Origin: Macrostomum lignano | Lineage: Eukaryota | NCBI GenBank assembly: GCA_002269645.1 | Contig: NIVC01003775.1 | Location: 1-64,000, forward strand | Reading direction: 5' to 3' | Length of the DNA: 64,000 nt | Shown here: one piece after another, positions 11,739 through 23,827 of the stretch | Position numbering within the stretch: the first letter of the stretch is position 1 | Layout of the letters: the number at the start of each line of letters is the position of its first letter | The notes under the pieces: model-generated | Database searches by the model: none | Told to the model about the DNA's origin: nothing | Seen by the model: only the letters and a program-made list of their open reading frames with translations | Translations under genes and position numbers: made by a program

Positions 11739-13053
11739 CAAGGGATACTCCAAAAGTTTTGCAATTCAACCACTTGTGCAAGTCGCACAATCTTCAAAAC
11801 CAACTCTCTGTACAATAAACATGTACATAGTCTCCACCTCAATTTTCAAGTGAATTCATACATATACGCCTGCTCAGCCCCCAGTCAAAATCAGAGACTC
11901 CTTAACTGTAGCTTGTACAGCTGCAGCCATGGAATTGATTCGTGAGCAGAATCGGCTACTAATTTGGTACTGCCACAAGCAAAAGCTCACGGCGCTTGAG
12001 ACTCATGCCGAGCTACTAGCAACATTGGAGGCTCAAGCGCCATCATATGCTACAGTTACACACTGGTACCGCGAGTTCCAGGCCAGCAGGACCAGCTTTT
12101 CTGACGACCCCCGGCCCGGGAGACCTCCGACAGCAGTGACGGAGGAAAACATCGCTGCATTGCAGGAGCTGATTCATCAGGATCTGCGAATCACCATGGA
12201 CATGTTAGCTATGAATGTTGGCATTGGATTGGCAGCGGTTGATACAATTCTACACAATCACCTGAGTGTCAGGAAGCTTTGTGCCCAATGGATACCCCAA
12301 ATCCTGACAGATGCTCAGAAACAGGCCCACATGGAGTTTTGTCAGTTTCTCATTGATTGATATGAGCACAAGAGCCATCAGTGCCACTCTGAAGTCATCA
12401 CTGGTGATGAGATGTTTTTCTATCATTTTGACGTTGAGACAAAGCGTAGCAGTGCAGAGTGGGTACCGGAAGGTGGGCAATGACCCCTGAAAGCAAGGCG
12501 GTCTCGGTCCCAGGGCAAGCAGATGTTTGCCATCTTCTTCGACTCACAAGGCGTGGTGGCGATGGTGAAGCTGGAGGGTCAAGCTACAGTCACTGCTCGA
12601 TAGTATACTGAAGAGTGCTTGCCTGTCGTGATCAACAGCGTGGCCTAGAGGGAGCCAAGGACGGGAATGCGAGGGTGGAAACTTCACCATGACAATGCCC
12701 CCGCCCACACAGCTGCTGCAACTCGAGCATTCCTGGACCAAGAGGGCATTTCAACGCTACCACACCCACCCTACTCACCAGACCTTGCCCCCTGTGACTT
12801 CTGGCTCTTTCCAGAAATCAAAAAGTCGCTTAGGGGGTGCAGGTTTCAGTCCAACAAGGAGCTGGAGCGGGCGGCAAAGGAGGCGATTGATGGCATCCCA
12901 ATTGAAGCCTTCCAGGGCTTCATGAACAAGTGGCTCGGATGAGCGCACAAGTGTTTGCAGTTCCGGGGAGCCTACTTTGAAGGATTGTAATAGAAAAGTT
13001 TGGCAAAATTAACTTTAAATAGTTGAATTGCAAAACTTTTAGAGTATCCCTTG
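11739..13053 (+). mobile_element. Full-length mariner (Tc1/mariner, DD34D) DNA transposon, 1315 bp
   Basis: 32-bp TIRs CAAGGGATACTCCAAAAGTTTTGCAATTCAAC (1 mismatch). TA target duplications at 11737-38 and 13054-55. Confidence 0.95.
11929..12990 (+). pseudogene. Mariner transposase pseudogene (353 codons, 5 in-frame stops, no frameshift)
   Basis: Motifs WYREF, RPGRP, WIPQILT, VITGDE, HDNA, HPPYSPDLAPCDF, with D34D spacing counted. Stops at 12358, 12481, 12601, 12646 and 12940. Confidence 0.93.
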
Positions 13054-13772
13054 TATAACCAAGCATTATAGCATTATAATTTAAACTTCAAGTCCAAAAT
13101 TATGACATTCACTATAATCAACAGTGACTAATGATAGGCTTTACACTAATTACACTATATTACCTTACCAGTCCATAGTCAAGAAGATAGCCTTTTTCAT
13201 AAAAAATTCTATCACAAAAGGATGTTGAAAGACGAAAGTGCACCAAACTGGCATATTCTAGCGCAATAGCAAGAAGGAAAGAAAAATCTAGTGCAGTATG
13301 GCACTGGCGCAAGACAAAAAACTTTTGGTAAGACAATATTTTTATAGATAGAAACTAGCACTTTTTTGTTAACTAGTGTATGGATAGCTTTTCCAATTAA
13401 AGTATGGTAACATTGAGTTTCTATAAAATAGATTCAAATATGAGTTTTATAGATATTTTTCAAATGGAAAATATTGATTTTAGTGTTTTTGTTTTTTTGC
13501 AAAAAAGATTTAGGCATATTAATAGTTAGGAGGGTTTCCTATATGCCAGAATTTTCTGGTGTGCATTTGCCTTTCATTTGTCATTGGTATGTATATTTGG
13601 AATGCTTAAATCTTAAAGAGTTAAAAGGCATACAAAAATTAATATAAAAAGCAATTTGAAAATAGGTGCAAGCATCTTCTAGTTTCTATAATGAAAGGTA
13701 TAAAGGTAGAAAGGAAGAAAAAAGTGGTTAAGAGGTAGTAAGAGTATAAACAAAAAATATTAATTAAACATA

Positions 13773-13934
13773 TGTTACGTAAGGTGAACTTTTCTTTGTG
13801 CCACCCCATTTTTGATAAAAGTCTATAAATAGACCCGGTGCGCGCCACAGGGCGATACTTGTTTTTCTTGGTTTGGCTCAGTTAGGAGCCTTGGACAATC
13901 AATCTCATTCTTATTTATTTACAAGAATGCAACA
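13773..13934 (+). repeat. 5' LTR (162 bp)
   Basis: TGTTACGT...GAATGCAACA; contains TATAAATA. About 94% identical to the 3' LTR. Confidence 0.92.
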
Positions 13935-13948
13935 TGGTGGCAGCGGTG
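13935..13948 (+). promoter_or_regulatory. Primer binding site, tRNA-Leu type
   Basis: TGGTGGCAGCGGTG directly follows the LTR and is complementary to the 3' end of eukaryotic tRNA-Leu(AAG/TAG) (..CACCGCTGCCACCA). Confidence 0.8.
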
Positions 13949-16900
13949 CGGGCTCAAAGCACCCGTACAACCTGCATTCCCAAGATGGGGCGCTCAGAGA
14001 AGGCTCCGAAGACAATGCTAAAGAAGCCAGCGGAATCCAAGATTCAGCTACGCTGGAGAGTGCGAATCTAATGGAGACAATGAAGATGCTCCTGATGCAC
14101 CATAGTTAGCAGCTACAAGAAATGACTTGCGCGCAAGAAAGACAGTCAGCATTCTACCTGGAGCAACTAACTTGTCAGCAAGCGGAGTTCACGAAGCTCC
14201 TGGCCGAGTCTAAGCCATGACCACAAGCAGCAGAGCCCAAGCTGTTTAAGCTGACGGACTCTGATGACATTGAGGCATTCCTGATAGCCTTCGAAAGGGC
14301 AGCGGCATCGTGTGGATGGCAAAAGTCAGAGTGAACAATTTGGCTGGCACCGCTACTGATGGGCCTTGTGCAGAGCGCATTCCATAGTCTGACGACAGCA
14401 GCGAGCACGGACTATGACTTGGCAAAGGGGACCATCTTAGCGAGATACAACATTGGCGAGGACACCTACCGACAGCAATTTTGGTCTTTGCGGAAGGCGC
14501 CTGAAGAGACCTTCCAAGTGTTTGCAATGAAGCTGGAAGACCTATTCGTCTGATGGATGACAGCTAGGCTGGACGAGGATCAGAGAGAGGAACTGATAAG
14601 TGGCAACTCCATCGTCAGGCAGAAAGTGCTTCTAGAGCAGTTTATGGACTCTTTGACAAGAGGACTCCAGGTGTGGATATGAGAGAGAAAACCGAAGGAC
14701 AATCAAAGAGGCTGCAAAACTGGCCGATGACTACACAATGGCAAGAAACAGCGACAAGGGTGGTGGAACACCAGGACACCTGAGCCAAGAGACCGCTGAG
14801 GGGGCGACAGCGTCCAATGCTATGGACAAACAAAGGACAATTCAGAGACTGCAAAGCCTAAAGCCTAAGATTAGCTGCTTAGCTGGCAAAGAACTGCAGT
14901 TCCTGATGGATACTGGAGCTGATCGAACTACAATTCGGCATAGCTGTCTACCTGAAAACATTAATTGGACAGGACATCATGCACTATTGCGTTGTTTTGG
15001 TGGCGACCTACACCGTCTGCACCTAAAGGGCTACAATAGAACCACTGAGGTTTGTGTGGCTGACTCACTACCCGTAAGCGCACTTGTTGGACTGGATTTG
15101 ATTAGCCAGCTCAAGTTGGAGGGTGGAGACGCCCTGAGTACAGTGCTTGGAAGAGAGACGCGCGAGGGGGTTCATGGCCAACCCCTCTCAGCCAATGAGA
15201 GAGAAGGGGTAGGTGCGCCGCACCGCCTAATGCCCCAGTTAGAGGGGGATGAGAGGCTCTTCGCAGAGGGCATCGTGGCTAGCGGCCTTAACCAGATCAG
15301 CCAGCTGGCAAAACAAAATCAAGAATAACTAGAGCCCAAGCGCGTAAACAACGGCAAGAGTACAACAAAACGAGACAAGAAACTGCAATGCACCCTATAA
15401 CATTGGATTACGAGGCGGCCCTACAAGACGACAAGGAGTTGCAAGCAGCGGTACAAACCAACGACTTGGTGAAGGAAAGCCACGGCAGACTGTTTTGGCA
15501 TCAAGCAGCTGGAGAGGACCAACTGGTGCTTCCGAAGGCTCTGCATGCTATGGCGCTGTCCCAGGCCCACAAGAGTGCCAGGCCCACAAGAGTGCATTTG
15601 CTGGCCACTTGGGAACAAGGAAGACTTGTCAACAACTGGAACAGCGATTCTGGTGGCCAACGATGACAAAGGACATGAAGGACTTTGTAGCAATGTGCGA
15701 CAACTGTTAGAAGACGGCTCGAGTCCCAGGCAATCACAAGGTACCACTAGTCCAAGTGCCTGGAATGGAGGCCTTTACCAAAGTTATCATCAATATCAGT
15801 AGACCATATACGAGGACTGCAAGTGGTCACCAGTACATCCTGTCGATTATCAATGCGGCTACTTGATTCCCCAAAGGAGTCCTGCTGCAAAAGATCAACG
15901 CTAAGTCTGTAGCGAAGGCATTGGTGGACTGCTTCATGAGGACTGGATTCCCAAGGGAGATCCAGAGCGATAAGGGTACTAACTTTTCATCAGCACTGCT
16001 GCAGGCCCTGTACTGGTGTACCAGGGTCAAGGGCATCCAGTTGATGCCGTACCATCTGCAAAGCCAGGTGTTGGTGGAGAGGTTCCACGGCACTCTCAAG
16101 AATATGTTGAGGAGACTACCAGCACGTGAGAAAAAGAAGTGGGACCAGTACCTACCATATCTGCTGTTCGCCATTTGGGAGGTGCCCAACGAAACAACTG
16201 GCTTCTTTCTATTCAAACTTTTGTATGGATGCACTGTGCGGGGACCACTAGATCTACTGCGGCAGACCTGGGATGAGCAGCTCTCTGAAGAGAAGAAGGA
16301 CATCATCTCGTTTGTGCTGGCCCAGAGAGACCAACTGCGGGCTGGCCAGGAAGCGGCACAGAACAGCGAAGAGCTAGCATGGAAGCGTCAGAAACTCTGT
16401 ATGACCGGCAGTTGCGGGAACGAGAGTTGCAGCCTGGAGATCAGGTGCTATTGCTGCTGCCATCGTCATCCAAGAAGCTTCACGCTGAATGGCGTGGTAC
16501 CTATGAAGCACTGGAAAGGTGCAGCAATATGAACTACTGGATCCGGATGGGCCCTGCATCAAACACATTTCATGTCAACCTGCTTAAGAAGTACAATTCA
16601 TGGGAGACGGTTTTGATGCAGCTTCCAGCGGCAGCTACGAGTGCTCCTGAGTTGTCTGATCATCTGACACCTACCGAGAGGGATCATCTCCTAGAGCTGG
16701 TGCATGACTTTGCGGGCGTCTTCAGCGAGACCCCGGGGAGGACTGACCTAGTGGAGCACCATATCTAGACGACATCTGACCGCGTAGTGCGCATCTAGCC
16801 GCGACGGGAGCCGCAGGTGTATCGGCAGGTGCTCCAAGAGGAGATTCAACGCATGCTGGACCTCGGGGTGATTGAACCATCTGACAGTGACTACTGCTCC

Positions 16901-18021
16901 CTGGTCTGTCTGGTGGCCAAGAAGGACAGCTCAGTCCAGTTCACTGTCAACTTCAAGGCACTGAATGAGCTAGTGGCCTTTGACTCCTATCCAATGAAGA
17001 ACATTGAAGACCTACTGGAGCAGGTCACCAAGGCCAAGTTCATATCTAAGCTAGACTGCTGCAAGGGCTACTGGCAAATTCCACTGTACAAGGATTCAAA
17101 GCGATTGACAGCTTTTGCGGCTTGCGGCAAGCTGTATCAATTTACTGTGATGCCCATGGGCTTAAACTGCAGCAGCGCGACGTACTAGAGGCTCATGGAC
17201 AAGCTGTTCCAAGGGCTGGACAACGCGGACTCCTACATCAATGACATCGCCTTGTTAAGCGCAACATTCGAGCAGCATGTCAAGGACCTGAGGGAAGTAT
17301 TTGGTCGCCTTAAGGCTACTGGTCTAACGGTGCAGACCCGAAAGTGCTACCTGGGCGGCAACTCTGCTGACTACCTGGGTTTCAAGCTTGGCGGAGGCGA
17401 GATTGGTACAAGCGAGGACCGAGTGCAGACAATCACGGCACTGGCTCAGCCCTGGACCAAGGCTCAGAGTGCTCAACCACTACCGTCAGTTTGTGCCCAA
17501 TTACTCAGAAAAGGTGGCGGCCCTGACGGACCTCACGAAGAAGTCGGCACCTGATGACCTGATGGCGGCCTGGGGAGAGCAGCAGACACGAGCCTTCGAG
17601 GCAGTGAAATCTTTGCTGGCAAGCCAGCTAGTGCTGCGTGCACCGGACTATAGTTGGCAGTTTATCTTGGAGACTGACAGCTCGGAAACTGGGATCGGTG
17701 CAGTGCTAACGCAAGAATTCGGCGACGGCATCCATCCCATGCTCTTCGTATCTCGGCAGTTGACTTTGGCAGAGCGGAGCTACGCGACGATCGAGAAGGA
17801 GTGCCTTGCCATGCACTGGGCGGTCGAGAAGCTGTGGCACTACTTGTTCGGCCGCCGGTTTGTCATCAAGTCTGACCATAAGCCACTGCAGTACTTGCAG
17901 ATAAACCACGCCAACCCACGACTCCAGCAGTGGGCCTTCTATCTGTCTGGCTATGACTACGAGATCCAGTACTAGCTAGGCGAAAGCAACACAGTGGCCA
18001 ATGGTCTTAGCAGGATCTGGG

Positions 18022-18105
18022 CTAGTGACCGACCAAGTGATTTAGTGACCGACCAAGTGATTTAGTGACTGACCAAGTGATTTAGAGACTGACTGAGCGA
18101 TTTAA
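18022..18105. repeat. 20-bp tandem repeat (about 4 copies) in the retroelement 3' UTR
   Basis: tagtgaccgaccaagtgatt repeated. Confidence 0.85.
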
Positions 18106-18232
18106 CTTTCATTCAAGTTATTAGTGGCCAAGTTTGCATTGTTTTTTTTTGTAAGACATATCCGAACTTTGCGTGACCCTGCGATTGCTTTTTGGCTTGC
18201 GATTTTTCTGGCTTTGATCTTTTGGTGGAGGG

Positions 18233-18393
18233 TGTTACGTATGGTGGACTTTTCTTTGTGCTACCCCATTTTTGATAAAAGTCTATAAATAGACCTGGTG
18301 CGCGCCACAGGGCGATACTTGTTTTCTTGGTTTTGGCTTAGTTGGAGCCTTGGACAATCAATCTCATTCTTATTTATCTACAAGAATGCAACA
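18233..18393 (+). repeat. 3' LTR (161 bp) preceded by a polypurine-rich tract
   Basis: TGGTGGAGGG at 18223-18232, then TGTTACGT...GCAACA. Confidence 0.92.
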
Positions 18394-18778
18394 ACATGTT
18401 AGTGCTTTTTCAAAGAATTTAGGTACTAGAACTTTAGGTAATTGCAAGCTTTTGTAGTGAAGTAATAGACATGACACTGGATCTGTCACCAAACCTTTTT
18501 GGTGACAGATCCATACTGTAGCAGCAACATAGATTGTATAGCTTCAGTTTTGTAAATATCATTTTATAAATTATAATTTCCTTGATTACATTGACTGAGG
18601 ACATTGGAAGCAATTGTGAAAAGCAAACCAAAATTGAAACAAATCAATGCAGATAAGTAACAAAGCCACAATAAATTATGGTCAAACAATATATATGGTA
18701 AAATAAAGCAAAAAAATCAAAGAACACAAATGTACAAAATTGCACCAAATCAGAATATGATCACATAACATTTGTACA

Positions 18779-19270
18779 CTATCCTATAGAATTGTTTGTT
18801 ACATTATTTTTTGCTTGAATTTGATTCCTTTTTATTTTTTAAAGTCCAGAAATATGAAACAAGTGAACAAGTTAATAGTTTAACAAGGATACTGGCAGCA
18901 AAATTGTTTGTTATAGTCAATCACTACTCTAAGGCTAGCTATACCTCCACAGGTTGGCACAACAACTTGAGGCCATTGGTAAAGGTATATGCTAGATAAA
19001 ATTACCCAGTCACACTATTACCCAATGTTAAAGTTGTTTGTGATATTCAAAATGGTTTGTTGCTGACTTGCTGTAATAGGTTGTTTAATTTATTGTGTTG
19101 ATCATAGATTCATTAAAATGGGTGCCCTTGTTTTGTGATATGGCAATTGACTATAACAAACAATTTTGTTGCCAGTACATGTAAAACTGTTAATTTGTTC
19201 ACTTGTTTCATACTTTTGGACTCTAAAAATATAAAAGAATCAAATATAAGTGAAGAAATAAATAGGATAG
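18779..19270. mobile_element. Foldback/MITE-like element with ~105-bp imperfect inverted arms
   Basis: 18817-18921 is the imperfect reverse complement of 19146-19245. Outer ctatcctat/ataggatag ends. No TSD found. Confidence 0.6.
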
Positions 19271-21878
19271 CCCATTAGCATATTGTATAATTGTACTTGT
19301 ACTTATTAATATGACTTATCAACAAGATCATTATGATTCAATTTGCATTTGTCATTTATTGTACTCATATAATAATACTTTTTTAACAGACACAAAGTGA
19401 AAGAGGGAGATCATTACAATTTGTTTATATTAGAATGAGTATATCAACAATGTTGCCAAAAAGGTTGTCGCCATAAGCCCAAAATGATTTATTGCCAAAA
19501 TGGTTTGTTGCAGACTTGCTAAAATGGATTGTTACCAATTTATTGTGTTGACCATAGATTCATAGAAATAACCATGTGACTTTTTATGGCCTAATCCATA
19601 CTCTATGGATGGATCTGTTTTATGGGAAAATTTTTTGCATGCAACAAGGTTCTAAGCAGTCTAGTACCACATGCACAGCATGTAGCAAGGAGTAAGAAAA
19701 GTTTTTTTAGCATGACTTGCATAACAGCACCGCATTTAAAGTTTTTTGGCATTCCATTACTATTAGAGCTATGAACTTGCCATTAAAGCTTTACCTTACA
19801 AGAACTTTTTGGCTTTTCAAAACATTATATGGAACTTTTTAAAGTAATTATTCTATAGACTATAATAATGATAAAATAAACAATGTTTTTAGTACTAAAA
19901 GATTTTATGTTATTTTCAAGTCATTATAATATATAAGTATTTCTATAAGTATTGTTTATCAGCTGTCTCTCATTAAAAAATGAATATTTCATTGGACATT
20001 GTTTCATAGAATCAGACTTGGAGCCTTTGTAACTGCCTTTTGCAGTCTAACCCCCTAGTCTATTGGCACACACTTGGTGAATTTGATCTAATCTTCTCAT
20101 ATGCAGCGTACAAAGCAAAAAAATTTGGCATGCAAGGTGCTTGGGACCATAGGGCATAATATATGGTCACTATAACAATATAATAATAATTGCTAATATT
20201 TATATATAAGCTTAAAAAATCTTGGTTTAGACCAGACTCTAGAAGGTTACATGTATACCAGAAAATTCTGGCATATAAATGACCCCTTTTAAAGTTGGTA
20301 CAAATTCATGCAATTTTTTTGGCATACAAATTTTAGTACACAAAATTCATACCAATTTTTTGGCATACCAATTTTGGTGAATAAATTCATCCCATGCATA
20401 AAAATTATAATGTAAATTAATGTTTTTACATAAAATAAAGGACAATTTGTATAGTCTAGAAAGTTGATGATAAACTTTTTGCTCCTTTAAAGTTAACAAT
20501 AAATAAAATTAGTGTAAATAATTGTTAAGAACATAAATTTTACATTATAATTTCTGTAGGTTTAAGTTAAGGCAGTGTAGTATATTTCTTAGAAAATATG
20601 AAATTTAAATTTTGCCAAATAATATTAACTTTGTTTAAATGTTGTGTGCACCATAATACTCTACAAAATTAAAGTTTGTTTTAAATATATATACAAATTA
20701 GTATAAATAGAAGCCCCAAAGCAGGTTAAGAAAGCATCTTCTCAAATGGTCCTTTGACTTCGTCTTCAAGCAAATTTAATAAGCAGTTGTTCAAAAAAAG
20801 ACTTACTTATTTTCTAGAGTATTAAGCCCCTTATTGGGAGTATCAGAAACTGCTAAGAGCAAGAATTGCCTTAGGGCAGGAAAGCACTATAAAGTAGTAA
20901 GATCACCTTAAGGTAGGAAAATTGCTAAGGCTATGACTCTCTCTCTGATCCAGGGAATGCCAAGGACTGAGAAAACTTATAAGAGTAAATAAAGTAGACA
21001 GTGCCATTAAACTGCTCAGGCCAAAGAGTATAGTACATGTGCAGATGCTAGCAATAAGATAAATAGACGCTACTAATAAAAGTAGATAGAAAAGCAGATA
21101 CACTACCAATAATAAGAGTACAAGTTTTCATGCAAAGGTACATTAATTAAATAGAAGGACAACTTTGGTGGCTAACCAGTGGGATTATTTATAAGGACAG
21201 AACTAAGCCCTATGTCAACTTTGGTAGAAGTGGTGGGATTTTGTATCATACAGGAACACTACTATGTCAAATTTAAGTTTGTTTGAAGTGAAAATTTTTG
21301 TAATATTTAAAAAGTTTTTCTATATGAAAGCCTTTTTTACGAAACTCTACTCATGAAAACCAAATGACCTTTTTAGAAGGATTTTTTGGTGTACATTTTA
21401 GGAATTTTTGTTTTTGGTGTACTGTCTACACTGGCACACATTTAGCTAAGATAGGATTCTTGTTCTGGTGTATACTATTATATAATCTGGACCCTGCCTA
21501 GGGTTTAAAATATTTTTATCCATTGAAATATATGTCAAAGTAGTCAAAAATGTAGTAAAATAATCTGTTGCCAATATAGCTGTTATTTAAGTGAAACTTA
21601 CTAATTTTGTTGTCAATAAAATACTTTGACTATAATAAGATATAGAAATGTAAAGAAATAGATTTTTAGGAAAAAGTGTTTTAAAATCTAGATTGCCTTG
21701 ATAAATTAATGGGTTTAGATTTGCTGCAGTGTATATGCCTAGGCTATATTAATATTAGATTTTTACTCAAATCACAGGAAGACCATATTACTATTAGCAT
21801 TATGATAATCAATTTAGATTAGACCAAAGGGACTAAGTATAGTTATATAGAACCTAAGAAGGCCAGAATATTACTCAC

Positions 21879-21894
21879 CGTTGTTTCCAGCCAT
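21879..21894 (-). CDS. UBE2V: UBE2V/MMS2 first coding micro-exon (ATG GCT GGA AAC AAC G)
   Basis: Perfect GTGAGT donor. Phase 1 joins exon 2 (G|TT) to give MAGNNVEVPRSF and a total of 142 aa, the normal UEV size. It also coincides with the CpG-poor to CpG-rich boundary. Confidence 0.8.
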
Positions 21895-23261
21895 ACTAAT
21901 TAGTACAGAAACTTCGATTTGCGTGCGTTAGAGCTCAGATATCGAACAGCTGTCACAAACTGTTGCTAAGCTAATAACGAAAGAGCTGAAAATGGGACTT
22001 GAGTATCTATTTCTTTGAAAACGTTTTAAAAAATTATTTACTATTGCAACGAAAGCATTGAAACCTATTGTTTTTTTTTTAAATAAATGTAACCTATGTG
22101 CAAAATATAAACTCAAAAGGTATATTAGACTAGCTGTAAGCAACTTTGATTTACTTCAATAACTCCGGATTAAATTTGCGAGGTTGATAATTGTCAACTG
22201 TTTTCTGCGGCTGAAAACTAATTTTTTTAAGTTGAGCTTGCAAAACGATTAAAAATAGTGATGATAAAGCCAAGCCAAACTGTTATTCAAGATGAAATGT
22301 TCAAAGTATAGAATCGACTAAGAGATCTTACATGCGTAGATAACATTTTCCATAGATGCACTAAATAATTCGATGAAATTTAATGCTCAACTACAAGGAC
22401 CACTGAAGTCACTTCATTAAACTTTAACTTAAGTTGTCCTTGCTCAACTATCGGTGGAGTTTCAGCTAAAGCTCACGGACAAACAGAAGCCACGCGTCGC
22501 AGCCCTCGCTGGTGGAAGGACCACTGGAGCTACCTCATGGAGTGTGCAGGCCAGATCGTACAGCAGGAGGGCATCCTATAGGAAGTTTGCAATCCGCTCC
22601 TCCACCTCCTTCGTGCTGAACATAATTATACTTGGCCTTTCGAATTTAGAACCACGAGGTTACTCTTAACTCGTGTGATTCACAGCATTAAACTAGTCAA
22701 AACGATTTGCAAGAAAAAACTAAAGGGCATCAAGCAAAGTAAAAATCAACTCAATTCACTCGAATTGCTTGAACTTTTTAAGAGTCGATCTCCATGAGTA
22801 ATTTTGCCTTATCAAAGGAGCGCCTGCAGGATTGTGGTGAGCATTTAAAGTCCTCTCCCTCGTTGTTTATATTTCAAGGACCATGTGTACAGTGATCCTT
22901 GGTTTTAAGTCTCTCTACGCGAGTGCTAAGCCGGTGAATAAACAGTAGGCCCAGCCCACTGCGTAGGTCTCTAATTTTGCCATCTTTGTTTGAGTAAGTC
23001 TGGCCTTAGCCGGGGTAGACATGTACCTTTTATCTGGGCCGTGGAGCAATCTGATTGGCTGGGCCTATCCCTCCCTCGCGCTGGTTGGGGGGACGGCTTG
23101 CCTCTCTAAGCCGTGTGGTCGCTGTCTGCCCCACCCCGCTCCGCCTGTCATTCGGATATTTACATTATTTGCAGAGAGCCCTGCAGAGGTTGTTTTATTC
23201 TATAACTTTTCGCCCCGCCTCTCGACTTGCGGAAACGCGCCCGGCCATTTCACTCTGTGAA

Positions 23262-23400
23262 CCTGCTCTGCAACTCATTGCGTCTACTACCCTCTGCGTG
23301 CTCTGCGACTCATTGCGTCTACTACCCTCTGCGTGCTCTGCGACTCATTGCGTCTACTACCCTCTGCGTGCCCTGTGACTTATTGCGTCTACCCTGCGAT
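23262..23400. repeat. 35-bp tandem repeat, about 3.5 copies
   Basis: actcattgcgtctactaccctctgcgtgctctgcg at 23273, 23308 and 23343. Confidence 0.9.
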
Positions 23401-23827
23401 TTTGCTCCTTGCTCTCTTTGTGACTGCGCTGTCTAGGGCATCATGAGCGGCAGCACCAGTCGCAGTTACAGAAATGCAGCAGATCGATTTTCCTTTATAT
23501 CAATAATGCGAGTGCAGACCATGCAGTTGCCGGCCAGCTGATGCCAGCAGTGCTGCGAGCCTTTTAGGTTGAAGGGACAGTTCGACCTGCTAGAGTAACC
23601 AGTTTTTATTGGCAGTTGTTTGTATAGCACGTAAAATTGTATTGCTTTCAAAGATTTTTAGGACTCAAAAAAGTACTTCAATCATAGCTTTTTTTACTCG
23701 AATCCATTCACTAGAAGCATGAAAATAGTTCGCACAAATCGATAGGTAATCAATATAGTCAATAATCTTTATAGGTTATCGTAGAATCTCAGAAAGTCAC
23801 CGCGGCAAGCCACCCCAGACAGCCTAG

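Larger units (their letters stand above)
13773..18393 (+). mobile_element. Full-length, inactivated Gmr1-like Ty3/Gypsy LTR retrotransposon (gag-PR-IN-RT-RH order)
   Basis: TG..CA LTRs, PBS, PPT and a near-perfect 5-bp TSD (ACATA/ACATG). Domains: SCAN-like gag (~14070-14735), protease FLMDTGAD (~14900), integrase HHCC plus IQSDKGTNF..ERFHGTLK (~15560-16300), RT YWQIPL..YINDI (~16820-17440), RNase H ETDSS..YATIEKECLA..SDHKPL (~17620-17975). Many stops and frameshifts. Confidence 0.93.
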
